Virus record (IMG/VR): IMGVR_UViG_3300035670_000189
Location: 1,670 to 65,669 of that record
Origin: a virus
Taxonomy: Duplodnaviria > Caudoviricetes
DNA length: 64,000 nt
Direction: 5' to 3' (one strand)
The notes beneath the pieces were generated by a model. The model was not told the origin of the DNA and made no database searches. It saw only the letters and a program-made list of their open reading frames with translations. The position numbers and the translations under genes were made by a program. Shown here piece after piece: positions 56,356-64,000 of this stretch; position 1 is the stretch's first letter, and the number at the start of each line of letters is the position of its first letter.

Positions 56356-57585
56356 TTAGTCTTCAATGTGAATAGTCTTGCCGATGTCAGCCACGGCATG
56401 CTTGTTACCTTGGATGCACCACAGCACGGGTACAGTCCATGTGCCCCAGCTACCGCCGAGGTATCCGTCAGTCAGCACCACCACCGCTTGCGGCTTAATG
56501 GCTTGCTCTGTCATGTACTCAGGCACACACTCGACCATGGTGCCGCCACCACCAGCAGGCTTGGTACTGCTCGTGATGTTCTCGACCTCGGTGCCCACGT
56601 ACTTCTCATCGGCGCACACCGCCGTGTCCCAGTACAGCAGACGCACGCAGTCTGGCTTGACCTGATCACAGATGCCCTTGACCTCGCCGAGGAACTGCGC
56701 CAACTCACGGCCACCGATGGAGCCCGATGTGTCGATTGCGATGACAAGTTCGCCCACCTGTTCACTTACCCCGGAGGGTAAGTAGTAACCGCTACTGACA
56801 AATCGCCTGTTCGGGCGCTTCCACGTTGAGTAGTCATTGCCTGCACACGTTGTGCTGATGAACTCACGCAGTGCTTCGCGCCAGTCGATCTTGGTCTGCA
56901 ACAAGTCATCGAACATGCGGTCACCGCCTGTGCCCAACTTGCCAGCCATGAGCGCACCCTGACGGATGGCCTCATCGAGGTCACGTTCAAGCGACTTGCG
57001 TTCTTCGACAGTCATGTCCTGCGCACCTTCCCAGTCGTGGGTATCGAGCCCAGAGCCGGGCGAGGAGATGCCAGTTCCCGAGCCGCCGCCCGAGCCATCG
57101 CCACCACCGCCGCCTTGTGGGGGGTTCTCCTTCTTCAGGATGTTGTACACCTGCGCGGAGTCCATGCCACGGAAGCGCACGTCGAGTGCACCCACGGCCT
57201 TGCCCCCCTTGGATGGCATGACTGCGAACCCGTCCTTGTTGTCGTCGGTGATCTTGATGTTGATCACGTAGTCACACGCCACGTTGGCCAGAGGTGCGCA
57301 CTCATCGTAGAGGTGACGCCACGTGGTCAGGTGTTTGTACAACTTGTGATAGCACTCGTGCAGGACAAGGAAGCGCAACTCAGCGTCGTTGAGTCCTTCA
57401 ACAAAGGCGCGTCCATACATCTCATCACGTCCGTTCGTACACGCTGTAGGAATGGCATCGTTGATCTCACGCTTGCCCACCATGAGCACCCCTGCGAGGG
57501 CGACATACTTGGGGCTTGCCATGATGTCCACGACTGCCTTGGTCAGCCGCTGTTCAGCGGTCAGTTGTTTACCGATCATCAGCAT
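56356..57585 (-). CDS. DUF2201-type metallopeptidase plus vWA domain protein
   Basis: TACTNG, LHECYH (HExxH), N.ACDY.IN; MIDAS DTSGS, GGGGT, LTDG. Confidence 0.88.
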   Translation of the reverse strand: MLMIGKQLTAEQRLTKAVVDIMASPKYVALAGVLMVGKREINDAIPTACTNGRDEMYGRAFVEGLNDAELRFLVLHECYHKLYKHLTTWRHLYDECAPLANVACDYVINIKITDDNKDGFAVMPSKGGKAVGALDVRFRGMDSAQVYNILKKENPPQGGGGGDGSGGGSGTGISSPGSGLDTHDWEGAQDMTVEERKSLERDLDEAIRQGALMAGKLGTGGDRMFDDLLQTKIDWREALREFISTTCAGNDYSTWKRPNRRFVSSGYYLPSGVSEQVGELVIAIDTSGSIGGRELAQFLGEVKGICDQVKPDCVRLLYWDTAVCADEKYVGTEVENITSSTKPAGGGGTMVECVPEYMTEQAIKPQAVVVLTDGYLGGSWGTWTVPVLWCIQGNKHAVADIGKTIHIED

Positions 57586-57586
57586 T

Positions 57587-57700
57587 TCACACTCCAATCC
57601 ATCTCACGGCAAAAAAGCCGATACTGGTACACACCATCGCGATGGCGACCTCGCGCAACACCATACGGCGTACTTGCTTCTTCTGTTCATTGGTCAACAT
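57587..57700 (-). CDS. Small membrane protein (37 aa, absent from the ORF track)
   Basis: MLTNEQKKQVRRMVLREVAIAMVCTSIGFFAVRWIGV; GAGGA RBS; fills the gap between the ATPase and vWA genes. Confidence 0.6.
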   Translation of the reverse strand: MLTNEQKKQVRRMVLREVAIAMVCTSIGFFAVRWIGV

Positions 57701-57708
57701 GGTTGTCC

Positions 57709-58803
57709 TCACTTCTTATCAGCCGCGAACATGTAGTTGTTGGCCATGGCCCACTGTGTGAACTTCTTGTTGGTCATCACGAGGGCTTGCTTGTTGTACT
57801 TCGGGTTGCGCACGCCATTGGCGAACAGACCCTGCGCTTCTTTGTCAAGACGCGCCATGTAGTCCATCCACGCATCCATCCAGTCACGGTCGATCGTGGA
57901 CAGCGTGCGGTACACCACCATGCACACAGCCGCATCGCTCTCGGGCACCTTGGCTTGCATCGGGTCTTTCTTGATCGAGTCAAGGCTCGGCAGTTGGTCG
58001 CTCAGCTTGACGAACGCCATCAAGTCCATGGCCGCACGCTCACCGATCGTGCCCATCAGCATCGCAGTCAGGCTCTGGTCGTCCATGCCATCACGGACTT
58101 TCAGCCAGTCGCTTGCCGCTTCGAGTGAACGCGGTGTCACGAACGCAGTACGTGGTGCCTTCGGGTGGAAGATGTACGGGTTCTGGTCGGGGTCTTTCAC
58201 GTCCTCGAACGAGTGGAACAGTTGCGGGTTGTCTTTGCACCAGCCCAGCAGGGTGTGATCGACGCCGTTGTTGATGCCCCATTCAATCCATTCCATGTTG
58301 GTCGGCTTGCGTGACGTGACCACGGTGATGCGGTTGCGTGCATGTGGTGGCAGGATGTCACCCACGCCCTCGGCACCGAGGTTGGTCGTGGCAAACACTA
58401 ACGAGTCAGGGTGCAACTCGTAACTACCCATCTTGCGCTCAAGCAACAGACGGAGCATGGCGTTCTTGACTGCGGGGTTGGCCTTGCCGTACTCGTCAAC
58501 CATCAGGATGATCGGCTTGTTCAGGTGCAGACCCAACTCCTCGTTGGTGACGTAGCGCACGAACCCCTCGTCGTCGATCGCTTGCAACTGCGGGATGGTG
58601 ATGTCACCGAGGTCTTTGGTCGTGCAGTCGAAGTAACACGCCGTGTGCGTTGGCAGGGTGGACTTGAGTGCCTTGAGCAGGGAGGACTTGCCTGTACCCA
58701 TGTGACCTTGCACGAGCATGGTGCGCTTCTTGCCCCCGAGTCGGATGGCAGTCTCGATCTGGTCGAGGCCCAGTGCGTACATGGCGATTGCTTGATTAGA
58801 CAT
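57709..58803 (-). CDS. MoxR/dynein-related AAA+ ATPase
   Basis: GHMGTGKS, LMVDE, ATTN, NR and TPRS motifs; adjacent to a vWA partner. Confidence 0.88.
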   Translation of the reverse strand: MSNQAIAMYALGLDQIETAIRLGGKKRTMLVQGHMGTGKSSLLKALKSTLPTHTACYFDCTTKDLGDITIPQLQAIDDEGFVRYVTNEELGLHLNKPIILMVDEYGKANPAVKNAMLRLLLERKMGSYELHPDSLVFATTNLGAEGVGDILPPHARNRITVVTSRKPTNMEWIEWGINNGVDHTLLGWCKDNPQLFHSFEDVKDPDQNPYIFHPKAPRTAFVTPRSLEAASDWLKVRDGMDDQSLTAMLMGTIGERAAMDLMAFVKLSDQLPSLDSIKKDPMQAKVPESDAAVCMVVYRTLSTIDRDWMDAWMDYMARLDKEAQGLFANGVRNPKYNKQALVMTNKKFTQWAMANNYMFAADKK

Positions 58804-58898
58804 GATGTTTCCTTAGTTTCAGTTGAGTTTGATTACGGGTGACTTACGTCTTTACCCGCTTGATTGGTTTGTAGTAACTTGTTAGTCGGCGACTAACA

Positions 58899-59789
58899 TC
58901 ACATTCCCAGTCCGGGCAGGTTGTCGATGATCTTCTTGACCTCATCCACTTGCCGCTTGGTCTGGGCACGCAGGTATGCGTCCTCACGCAGGGCGTCAGG
59001 GGTCACACCACGCAGTGCTTGGTCGAGCTTGCGCTGGGCTTCGCTCATCACGGGGTCGCCTGTCACGTTGCACGCATCGAGCAGGTCGATGATGTCGGTG
59101 ACGTTGGACACCAGCGAGTCACGAAACACCTTCTTTGTCTGGCTGTCGGCGTAGTCGAGGCGTTCGCTCATCTTACTCAGCGCATCGTGGGCACGAGTCC
59201 ACACGTCGTTCATGGCCTTGGTCAACTGCTCACCGTAGAACTTCTCATACTGCTCACGCATGGACTGGGCCGCCTCGTTCTCGATGTCGAGCCGCCAGTC
59301 GCCAGCGTCAGGCATGGGCACAGCCACGTAGCGGAACCGGAACTTGTCAGTCAGCGCCTCGCGTGACGGGTACTCGTCGGGGTTGAACAGTGCACCGAGC
59401 TTGAGTTGGGCGTTCTGAATCTCCCAGTCGTACGCATCGAGGAACACGGTCACCAGTCGGGTGAACTCGGTTTGCAGGGCGGTCATGCTCTCGTGGTACT
59501 TGAAGTACTGCTTCGTGGGGCACAGCCGCATGCCAAGGTCTGACCACGGCATTGTCATGGCGTAGTGTGCGTTGCGTGCATTGGCCGCGAACTTCTGCAC
59601 TGCATCCAATTCGGCGCAGTCGCCGAGCAACTTCTTGGACACGTTGGCCACGCCGGTGGCGGCGTTGTTCTGTGTGGTGACATCCTTGGATGCACGCTTG
59701 TCGAGCTTGCGGCCCGTCCATGTACTGATGGACAGATCAATGAGCACTGCACTGGAGGCGATGCTCGGGGCTGAAATGTTTGGGTTCAT
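58899..59789 (-). CDS. DUF3150-like hypothetical protein
   Basis: LSIS.WTGRK.D, T.PWSD.G.RL and LGALFN..EYPS motifs; AGGAG RBS. Confidence 0.6.
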   Translation of the reverse strand: MNPNISAPSIASSAVLIDLSISTWTGRKLDKRASKDVTTQNNAATGVANVSKKLLGDCAELDAVQKFAANARNAHYAMTMPWSDLGMRLCPTKQYFKYHESMTALQTEFTRLVTVFLDAYDWEIQNAQLKLGALFNPDEYPSREALTDKFRFRYVAVPMPDAGDWRLDIENEAAQSMREQYEKFYGEQLTKAMNDVWTRAHDALSKMSERLDYADSQTKKVFRDSLVSNVTDIIDLLDACNVTGDPVMSEAQRKLDQALRGVTPDALREDAYLRAQTKRQVDEVKKIIDNLPGLGM

Positions 59790-59898
59790 TTCTTTCTCCT
59801 GAAAGGTTGGTTGGTTCGTGCACCGTGAGGTGCTTCGTTCTGTTAGTCGGCGGCTAACACTGGGTTGGTTATCACTGGACGCCGTATCCAGTATTTGT

Positions 59899-59927
59899 AT
59901 TATGCCACACTTGCCTATCTAAGTCAA
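59899..59927 (-). promoter_or_regulatory. Strong early sigma70 promoter, copy 1
   Basis: On the - strand, TTGACT-N17-CATAAT with extended -10 TG. Confidence 0.8.
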
Positions 59928-59945
59928 GTGTTTCGTGATGTTTTG

Positions 59946-60128
59946 TTAGCGTTCGTGGTGTTTTATGAGGATACATTCGCTGTTCTTGGCGACGGCACGC
60001 ACTGCACCTTTCGAGTCGATGTATGTCTGCCCACACCCGGCGGTGTAGTCCAGCAGGGCCACGAGCGTGAACCCCATGAGCACCAGCCCGATGATGGCTT
60101 GCACCAGCCACGTGATGAACGCTCTCAT
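59946..60128 (-). CDS. Small membrane protein
   Basis: GGAGG RBS; hydrophobic N-terminal helix followed by AGCG. Confidence 0.65.
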   Translation of the reverse strand: MRAFITWLVQAIIGLVLMGFTLVALLDYTAGCGQTYIDSKGAVRAVAKNSECILIKHHER

Positions 60129-60331
60129 TTGCTTTCCTCCCAGCCGAAGGCTGTCACGTTTGATGGTTGGCTCTGCTCGGTGTAGCGGTACATCTGCAAC
60201 GCCTTGGTTTTGCTCAGCCCACGCCACTCGGTCGTCGCACCGTCTGCTGTCCTGACGTAGAACATGTAACGGTGCTTGGCCGGTGCGCTCCCAAACATGT
60301 CAATGGTTGCGTTGTCTTCAGGCTGTTTCAT
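60125..60331 (-). CDS. Hypothetical protein
   Basis: 68 aa; AGGAG RBS. Confidence 0.65.
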   Translation of the reverse strand: MKQPEDNATIDMFGSAPAKHRYMFYVRTADGATTEWRGLSKTKALQMYRYTEQSQPSNVTAFGWEESK

Positions 60332-60566
60332 CTTTGCTCTCCTGTTCTTTCTTCACGAGTGCGCCAGCGGCGGCGCTGAACGCTTGGCTCACGTTGAGCA
60401 GGTCTGCGAGTTCCCTCTGCACCTGTTTCAGCACATTGGCGGCGATCACTTTGCTCATGCCCTCCATGAGGGCGGTGGCGATCTGCGGCTTGCGCCGCAT
60501 GGCCTTGCGCAGGATGTCGAGGGCGTTCTTCTCCTCATATGTCAGCGTGGCGCGTGCTTCAGTCAT
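60318..60566 (-). CDS. Hypothetical protein
   Basis: 82 aa; AAGGA RBS. Confidence 0.65.
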   Translation of the reverse strand: MTEARATLTYEEKNALDILRKAMRRKPQIATALMEGMSKVIAANVLKQVQRELADLLNVSQAFSAAAGALVKKEQESKDETA

Positions 60567-60801
60567 TTGCTTTCCTTTCGAGCATCTGGTTGTAGGTGTG
60601 GTTGTCGGTCGGCTTGCCGTTGCACATCATGTTGTAGGCGTGGCGCACGTCGCGTGCTTCGTCCTTGGTATCGCACCGTGCGATCTCAATGCGTGTGTCC
60701 AGTCGTTGCCCCTCGAACTGATTGCCCGGCCTGTCCCACCGTTCGGCAGTTGCCCACCGAAACCACCCATCGTGGTCTTTGTAAACCACAAACCCGCTCA
60801 T
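60559..60801 (-). CDS. Hypothetical protein
   Basis: 80 aa, coupled; F.VYKD..G.FRW motif. Confidence 0.65.
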   Translation of the reverse strand: MSGFVVYKDHDGWFRWATAERWDRPGNQFEGQRLDTRIEIARCDTKDEARDVRHAYNMMCNGKPTDNHTYNQMLERKAND

Positions 60802-61145
60802 CCTCGGCTCCCCGCCGCCACGCCTGCGATGCCATCACGCACGAGTGCTTGCAACATGGCCGTGGTCATCGGCATGAGCTTGACGTACGACGGGCGTGCT
60901 TGGCTTTGGTGGCGGGTTGTGCTCTGGCTGTACTTGCCCTCGTTCTCGTACCAGTGCACCTCACCGTTGTCGCCCACCTCGGCGACATAGATCGGGAAGT
61001 GTGGCCCGTAGCTGTACACCACGTAGATGTCAGTGTGCCCGTGGCTTGCCGTGCGCCGCTCGGCGTACAGGTTGCTCCCCTTGAACGGTTGGCGTGCTTC
61101 GACGAACTTGCGTGCGTTCTTGTTGGCTATCAGGTGAGTTGTCAT
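60798..61145 (-). CDS. Hypothetical early protein
   Basis: PFKGSNL...YVVYSYG.HFP....WY.N..KYS.ST.RHQ. Confidence 0.75.
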   Translation of the reverse strand: MTTHLIANKNARKFVEARQPFKGSNLYAERRTASHGHTDIYVVYSYGPHFPIYVAEVGDNGEVHWYENEGKYSQSTTRHQSQARPSYVKLMPMTTAMLQALVRDGIAGVAAGSRG

Positions 61146-61324
61146 GGCGTTCCCTTTCGTTGGTTGGTGGTGGCTGAATTGAAAACTTCTCGTGCGAGTT
61201 CATGCACCTTCCTCAGCACGTCCTCGGGCGTTTGCATGTTGCCGATTGGTGGACGAGTCCAGTTGCGTATTACCCAAAGGGCGTGGAGCGCGGGGTCTGT
61301 TGGCGGCTTGAATTCGGTGTTCAT
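61142..61324 (-). CDS. Hypothetical protein
   Basis: 60 aa with ATGA coupling at both ends. Confidence 0.6.
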   Translation of the reverse strand: MNTEFKPPTDPALHALWVIRNWTRPPIGNMQTPEDVLRKVHELAREVFNSATTNQRKGTP

Positions 61325-61545
61325 GTTGTCCTCTTGGGGTTGAGTTGTTTAAGAAGTTCTGTATCGGCGATGTAAAAGTAATTACTTTTATTCATCGGGG
61401 CGATAGTGTGCTTGACGCGCTGGGCGGCTGTCTCGCCGCATGACAGGCACGTGCGGTAGCCGAGCCGGGCTCGGGCCGGAGGCACACGCTCTGCATAGCA
61501 CTCGGTGCAGATGAGTTGGTGATAGTGGTGGGTGGAGTCAGGCAT
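61321..61545 (-). CDS. C4 zinc-finger protein (DksA/TraR-like spacing)
   Basis: CTEC....V...R..LGY.TCLSCGE; GAGG RBS. Confidence 0.65.
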   Translation of the reverse strand: MPDSTHHYHQLICTECYAERVPPARARLGYRTCLSCGETAAQRVKHTIAPMNKSNYFYIADTELLKQLNPKRTT

Positions 61546-61756
61546 GTGCCACCTCGAAGTTGCCAATCTCAAGGCAGTTGAGCAGATAACCCCGCTCGGT
61601 GTGGTCGAGGCGGGATGCACGGATGATGTGCTGTGCACGGGTTGCGGCGTCGGTGGGTTGCACCTCACCTTTGAACTCCACGGTGTAGCGTGCTTGGGTT
61701 GAACCGTCCGGCTGGCGGAACGGCGCGATGGATATTGCTGTGCGTTGAGTTGTCAT
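61538..61756 (-). CDS. Hypothetical protein
   Basis: AAGGAG RBS; first gene after promoter copy 2. Confidence 0.65.
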   Translation of the reverse strand: MTTQRTAISIAPFRQPDGSTQARYTVEFKGEVQPTDAATRAQHIIRASRLDHTERGYLLNCLEIGNFEVAHA

Positions 61757-61835
61757 GCTGTGGCTCCTTGTTAGCCGCCGACTAACACGATGTCAGTCTG
61801 TGCGGCGTTGGGCCGTTCATCGACCCAACACCTAT

Positions 61836-61864
61836 ATTATGCCACAGTATCTTATCTAAGTCAA
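61836..61864 (-). promoter_or_regulatory. Strong early sigma70 promoter, copy 2
   Basis: TTGACT-N17-CATAAT; near-duplicate of 59899-59927. Confidence 0.8.
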
Positions 61865-61899
61865 GTAAATGGTGATGTTTTGTAGTGTTTTGTTATGTT

Positions 61900-62322
61900 T
61901 CATTCATCCAATAACTCGGGGCGGATTCCAAGCTCCTCGCGCTGTGCTTCACTCAGATATGGGATGAACTCACGTGGCACCAGCACACCATGGTCGGCTT
62001 CAACGAGCACCCGACGGCCAGCCCAGCGGCGGTTGTCCTTGGCGGCAACGAGGTTGTCGATCAGGATGTTGGATTGGTCTTCGTCGCGGCTCAAGATGTA
62101 CTTGGGCAGGGTTGCGGGTTCGCCGTTGAACTGTCGGCGGCACAGGACATAGACGATCACCTTGGGTGTCAGTACCTTGGTGCCAACGCGCACGGTGGTG
62201 ATGGGTTTGATGGGCCGAGCGGCTTTGGTGTCCCAGAGCGGGGTGCCGTATTCATGCACGAGGTCGGGGTCGTAGCGGTAGCGGCTGTGAATCAGCAAGA
62301 CTTGGGCGGCGGTCAACTTCAT
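61900..62322 (-). CDS. Degenerate HNH-like protein
   Basis: YRYDPD..G N-terminus and ILSRDEDQSNILIDNL, which aligns to the HNH core IDHxDGDxxNNxxxNL but lacks the His. AAGGAG RBS. Confidence 0.55.
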   Translation of the reverse strand: MKLTAAQVLLIHSRYRYDPDLVHEYGTPLWDTKAARPIKPITTVRVGTKVLTPKVIVYVLCRRQFNGEPATLPKYILSRDEDQSNILIDNLVAAKDNRRWAGRRVLVEADHGVLVPREFIPYLSEAQREELGIRPELLDE

Positions 62323-62355
62323 GGCGGCTCCTTTTGTAGTTGAGTGTAGAAGCGT

Positions 62356-62385
62356 ATTGTAGCGAAGTGTAGAAGCGATAGTCAA
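62356..62385 (-). promoter_or_regulatory. Sigma70-type promoter
   Basis: TTGACT-N18-TACAAT on the - strand. Confidence 0.65.
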
Positions 62386-62406
62386 GCCAATGTGATTCCT
62401 AGCGTA

Positions 62407-62915
62407 AATGTTCTGAAGTGTACATGTGAGAAGTTATTTATGTTCGTGTAGTGTAGCGACGTAAGTCCTTGATGTACCTGAATGTTCATTATTTCGGGCG
62501 AAAAAAGACACACTCCCTCCCCCGAGATCACATCTACACTTTTTGAACACGTGGTAAGTGATTATGGTGTGTTGTAGATATGATTCTGGGGAAGGGGGGT
62601 GTGTTTTCTGAAAAAAGAACATTAGGAAGATTATTAAGTTTAGATAAGGATGTGCAAGTTCTGATAGGCATGAACTGTCACTGCGCACCACGCTACTGCG
62701 GGAACTGGCATCAAACTATAATGTTCCATAGCACGAGAACATTAGCAGAACATTGCGCGAACATTAGGCAATTTCGTGCCAAAAAACGAACATTGCAAGG
62801 TTACAAAAAACAAGTTAGCCATTTGTTAAAAACGAACAAAGCAAAAACATAAAAAACGAACAGACGAACAGAAGAAAACGCGAACATTGTTAGCCTCCGA
62901 CTAACAGAACAGAAC
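62407..62915. repeat. AT-rich non-coding region with GAACATT/AATGTTC heptamer cluster (possible origin)
   Basis: GAACATT at 62617, 62737, 62748, 62759, 62788, 62882; inverted copies at 62407, 62481, 62720. Confidence 0.6.
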
Positions 62916-63049
62916 GCATCTACACCACGCTACTGTTGGAACTGGTATCAAGATGTTAGCCGGTGGCTACCAAGCTCACGGCGCAGGCTCACGGTCGGCG
63001 GGTGCAAAGTTACCGCGTCACGCCACGCTACTCTTGGAACTGGTATCAA
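62688..63049 (+). repeat. Three 27-bp direct repeats CCACGCTACTnnnGGAACTGGyATCAA
   Basis: Copies at 62688-62714, 62925-62951 and 63023-63049. Confidence 0.9.
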
Positions 63050-63086
63050 CACCCCGTAGGGTGTTAGCCGGTGAAAACGACAGACG

Positions 63087-63114
63087 AAAAAAAGCCCCCG
63101 ATTTCTCGGGGGCT
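63087..63114 (-). terminator. Rho-independent terminator
   Basis: AGCCCCCGA-TTTC-TCGGGGGCT with an A7 tract on the left. Confidence 0.9.
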
Positions 63115-63120
63115 CAGTGA

Positions 63121-63624
63121 TTACTTGATCAAGGCGCTGGCGTTGCGCAGATGTTCGAGCATCTTGGTTGCGCTGAACGTCACCGCCTCAGCCTTTTCCA
63201 CTTTCTCGATCCACTTGGTCAGGTCACGCTTGAGACGCGTTTCCATGCTGGCCACGGCGCGAGCGCCGCGCTCATCGTCATCCATCGCTTCCTCATCCTC
63301 AGCACGTTTGACGTGCTGGATGACCTTGTTCAAGCGTGACCCGAGTTGCTGTTGCACCCAGCGTTTGCTGACCTTTTCCTCATCGCTGAGGGCTGTTGCT
63401 GGCTTTGCCATTATTGCTTGCTCAGTCTTGGTGAACGACAGCAGAACCACGTCACGCTTGAACGCGTCACGGTATTCTTTGTCATTGCCCAAGGTCTCAG
63501 ACGTCACGCCCTCAGCCCTCAGCATGTCAGCGGCTTTCACCCAGCGTTTTTGCACACCGGCTTCAGCCTTCAGGGTTTCAACCACAGTGGACACGCACTC
63601 AGCGGTCAGATTCAGTTTGCTCAT
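63121..63624 (-). CDS. Stand-alone early hypothetical protein
   Basis: 167 aa, helical; GGAG RBS, own promoter and own terminator. Confidence 0.75.
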   Translation of the reverse strand: MSKLNLTAECVSTVVETLKAEAGVQKRWVKAADMLRAEGVTSETLGNDKEYRDAFKRDVVLLSFTKTEQAIMAKPATALSDEEKVSKRWVQQQLGSRLNKVIQHVKRAEDEEAMDDDERGARAVASMETRLKRDLTKWIEKVEKAEAVTFSATKMLEHLRNASALIK

Positions 63625-63679
63625 ATCAATCTCCAATGTATCGGCACACAGTCAACACGCCGTGTGAACCGATGACTGA

Positions 63680-63708
63680 ACTATAACAAAGAACCACGTA
63701 TTCCACAA
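63680..63708 (-). promoter_or_regulatory. Putative sigma70-type promoter
   Basis: TTGTGG-N17-TATAGT on the - strand. Confidence 0.5.
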
Positions 63709-64000
63709 GGAAAACGCACAATCTGGCATGATTCGATAGGCTGGCGCTGTTAGTCGGCGGCTAACATAGGGGGGCCGTGACCCCTACCCGTACGGGGGAG
63801 CCCCATATAGCTTAGGAGTCCCGTGGCGGCTCTAGGTCTACTATTACACTCAAACGATCCCCAACTCCCTACGTTCGGCCATATGTTAGTTGACACTAAC
63901 CCCGTTTATCACACGTGTGTTGTTATCTGAGTAGTGTGACATCACACAGCATAAGAAGTTACCCCCTACCCCCCGCCTCCGGGGCGAGGGGTGTTTAGGT

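Larger units (their letters stand above)
58880..63901. repeat. Dispersed 19-bp palindrome TGTTAGyC-N3-GrCTAACA
   Basis: Copies at 58880, 59841, 61769, 62888, 63748; degenerate copies at 62954, 63062, 63884. Confidence 0.9.

Noticed and set aside
62688-63049. CRISPR array interpretation of the 27-bp repeats
   Set aside because: Intervening segments are 210 and 71 bp, unequal and too long. There is no cas operon; the Cas4-like nuclease is a common phage replication gene.
63890-63895. TTGACA as a rightward -35 box
   Set aside because: No matching -10 at 16-18 bp. It is recorded only as part of a degenerate palindrome copy.
62400-64000. tRNA genes, and the short ORFs 62434-62691 and 62580-62852
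   Set aside because: No cloverleaf or T-loop consensus was found by eye. The ORFs lack an RBS and overlap repeat-rich non-coding DNA.

Overview
This window is nearly a complete genome of a tailed dsDNA phage (Caudoviricetes), probably lytic and short-tailed. It opens inside the terminase large subunit and ends in a non-coding region. The + strand arm (1-37969) is morphogenesis: TerL, portal, GroES-like co-chaperonin, a Tad2/DUF2829 anti-Thoeris sponge, scaffold, major capsid, small basic proteins, head-tail and tail proteins, tail fibre, holin plus M15 endolysin, and large internal virion/ejection proteins. The - strand arm (38057-63624) is replication and early genes: DUF927 primase-helicase, SNF2 helicase, PD-(D/E)XK nuclease, family A DNA polymerase, MazG-like protein, VRR-NUC, Nmad5, an AAA ATPase with a vWA/metallopeptidase partner, and many small ORFs. 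I saw no integrase, tRNA, CRISPR array or tape-measure gene. The most notable unexplained signals are: (1) a promoter-proximal double-pseudoknot RNA leader at 7860-7931; (2) a recurring [FY]AxGG peptide motif in six virion-associated proteins; (3) an overprinted gene with its own strong RBS inside the 2047-aa virion protein; (4) a near-perfect chromosomal-type parS site inside the primase gene; (5) a 19-bp palindrome family plus 27-bp and 7-bp repeats across the early region; (6) several RBS-sequestering RNA switches. All product calls come from motif recognition and synteny only; no database searches were run.
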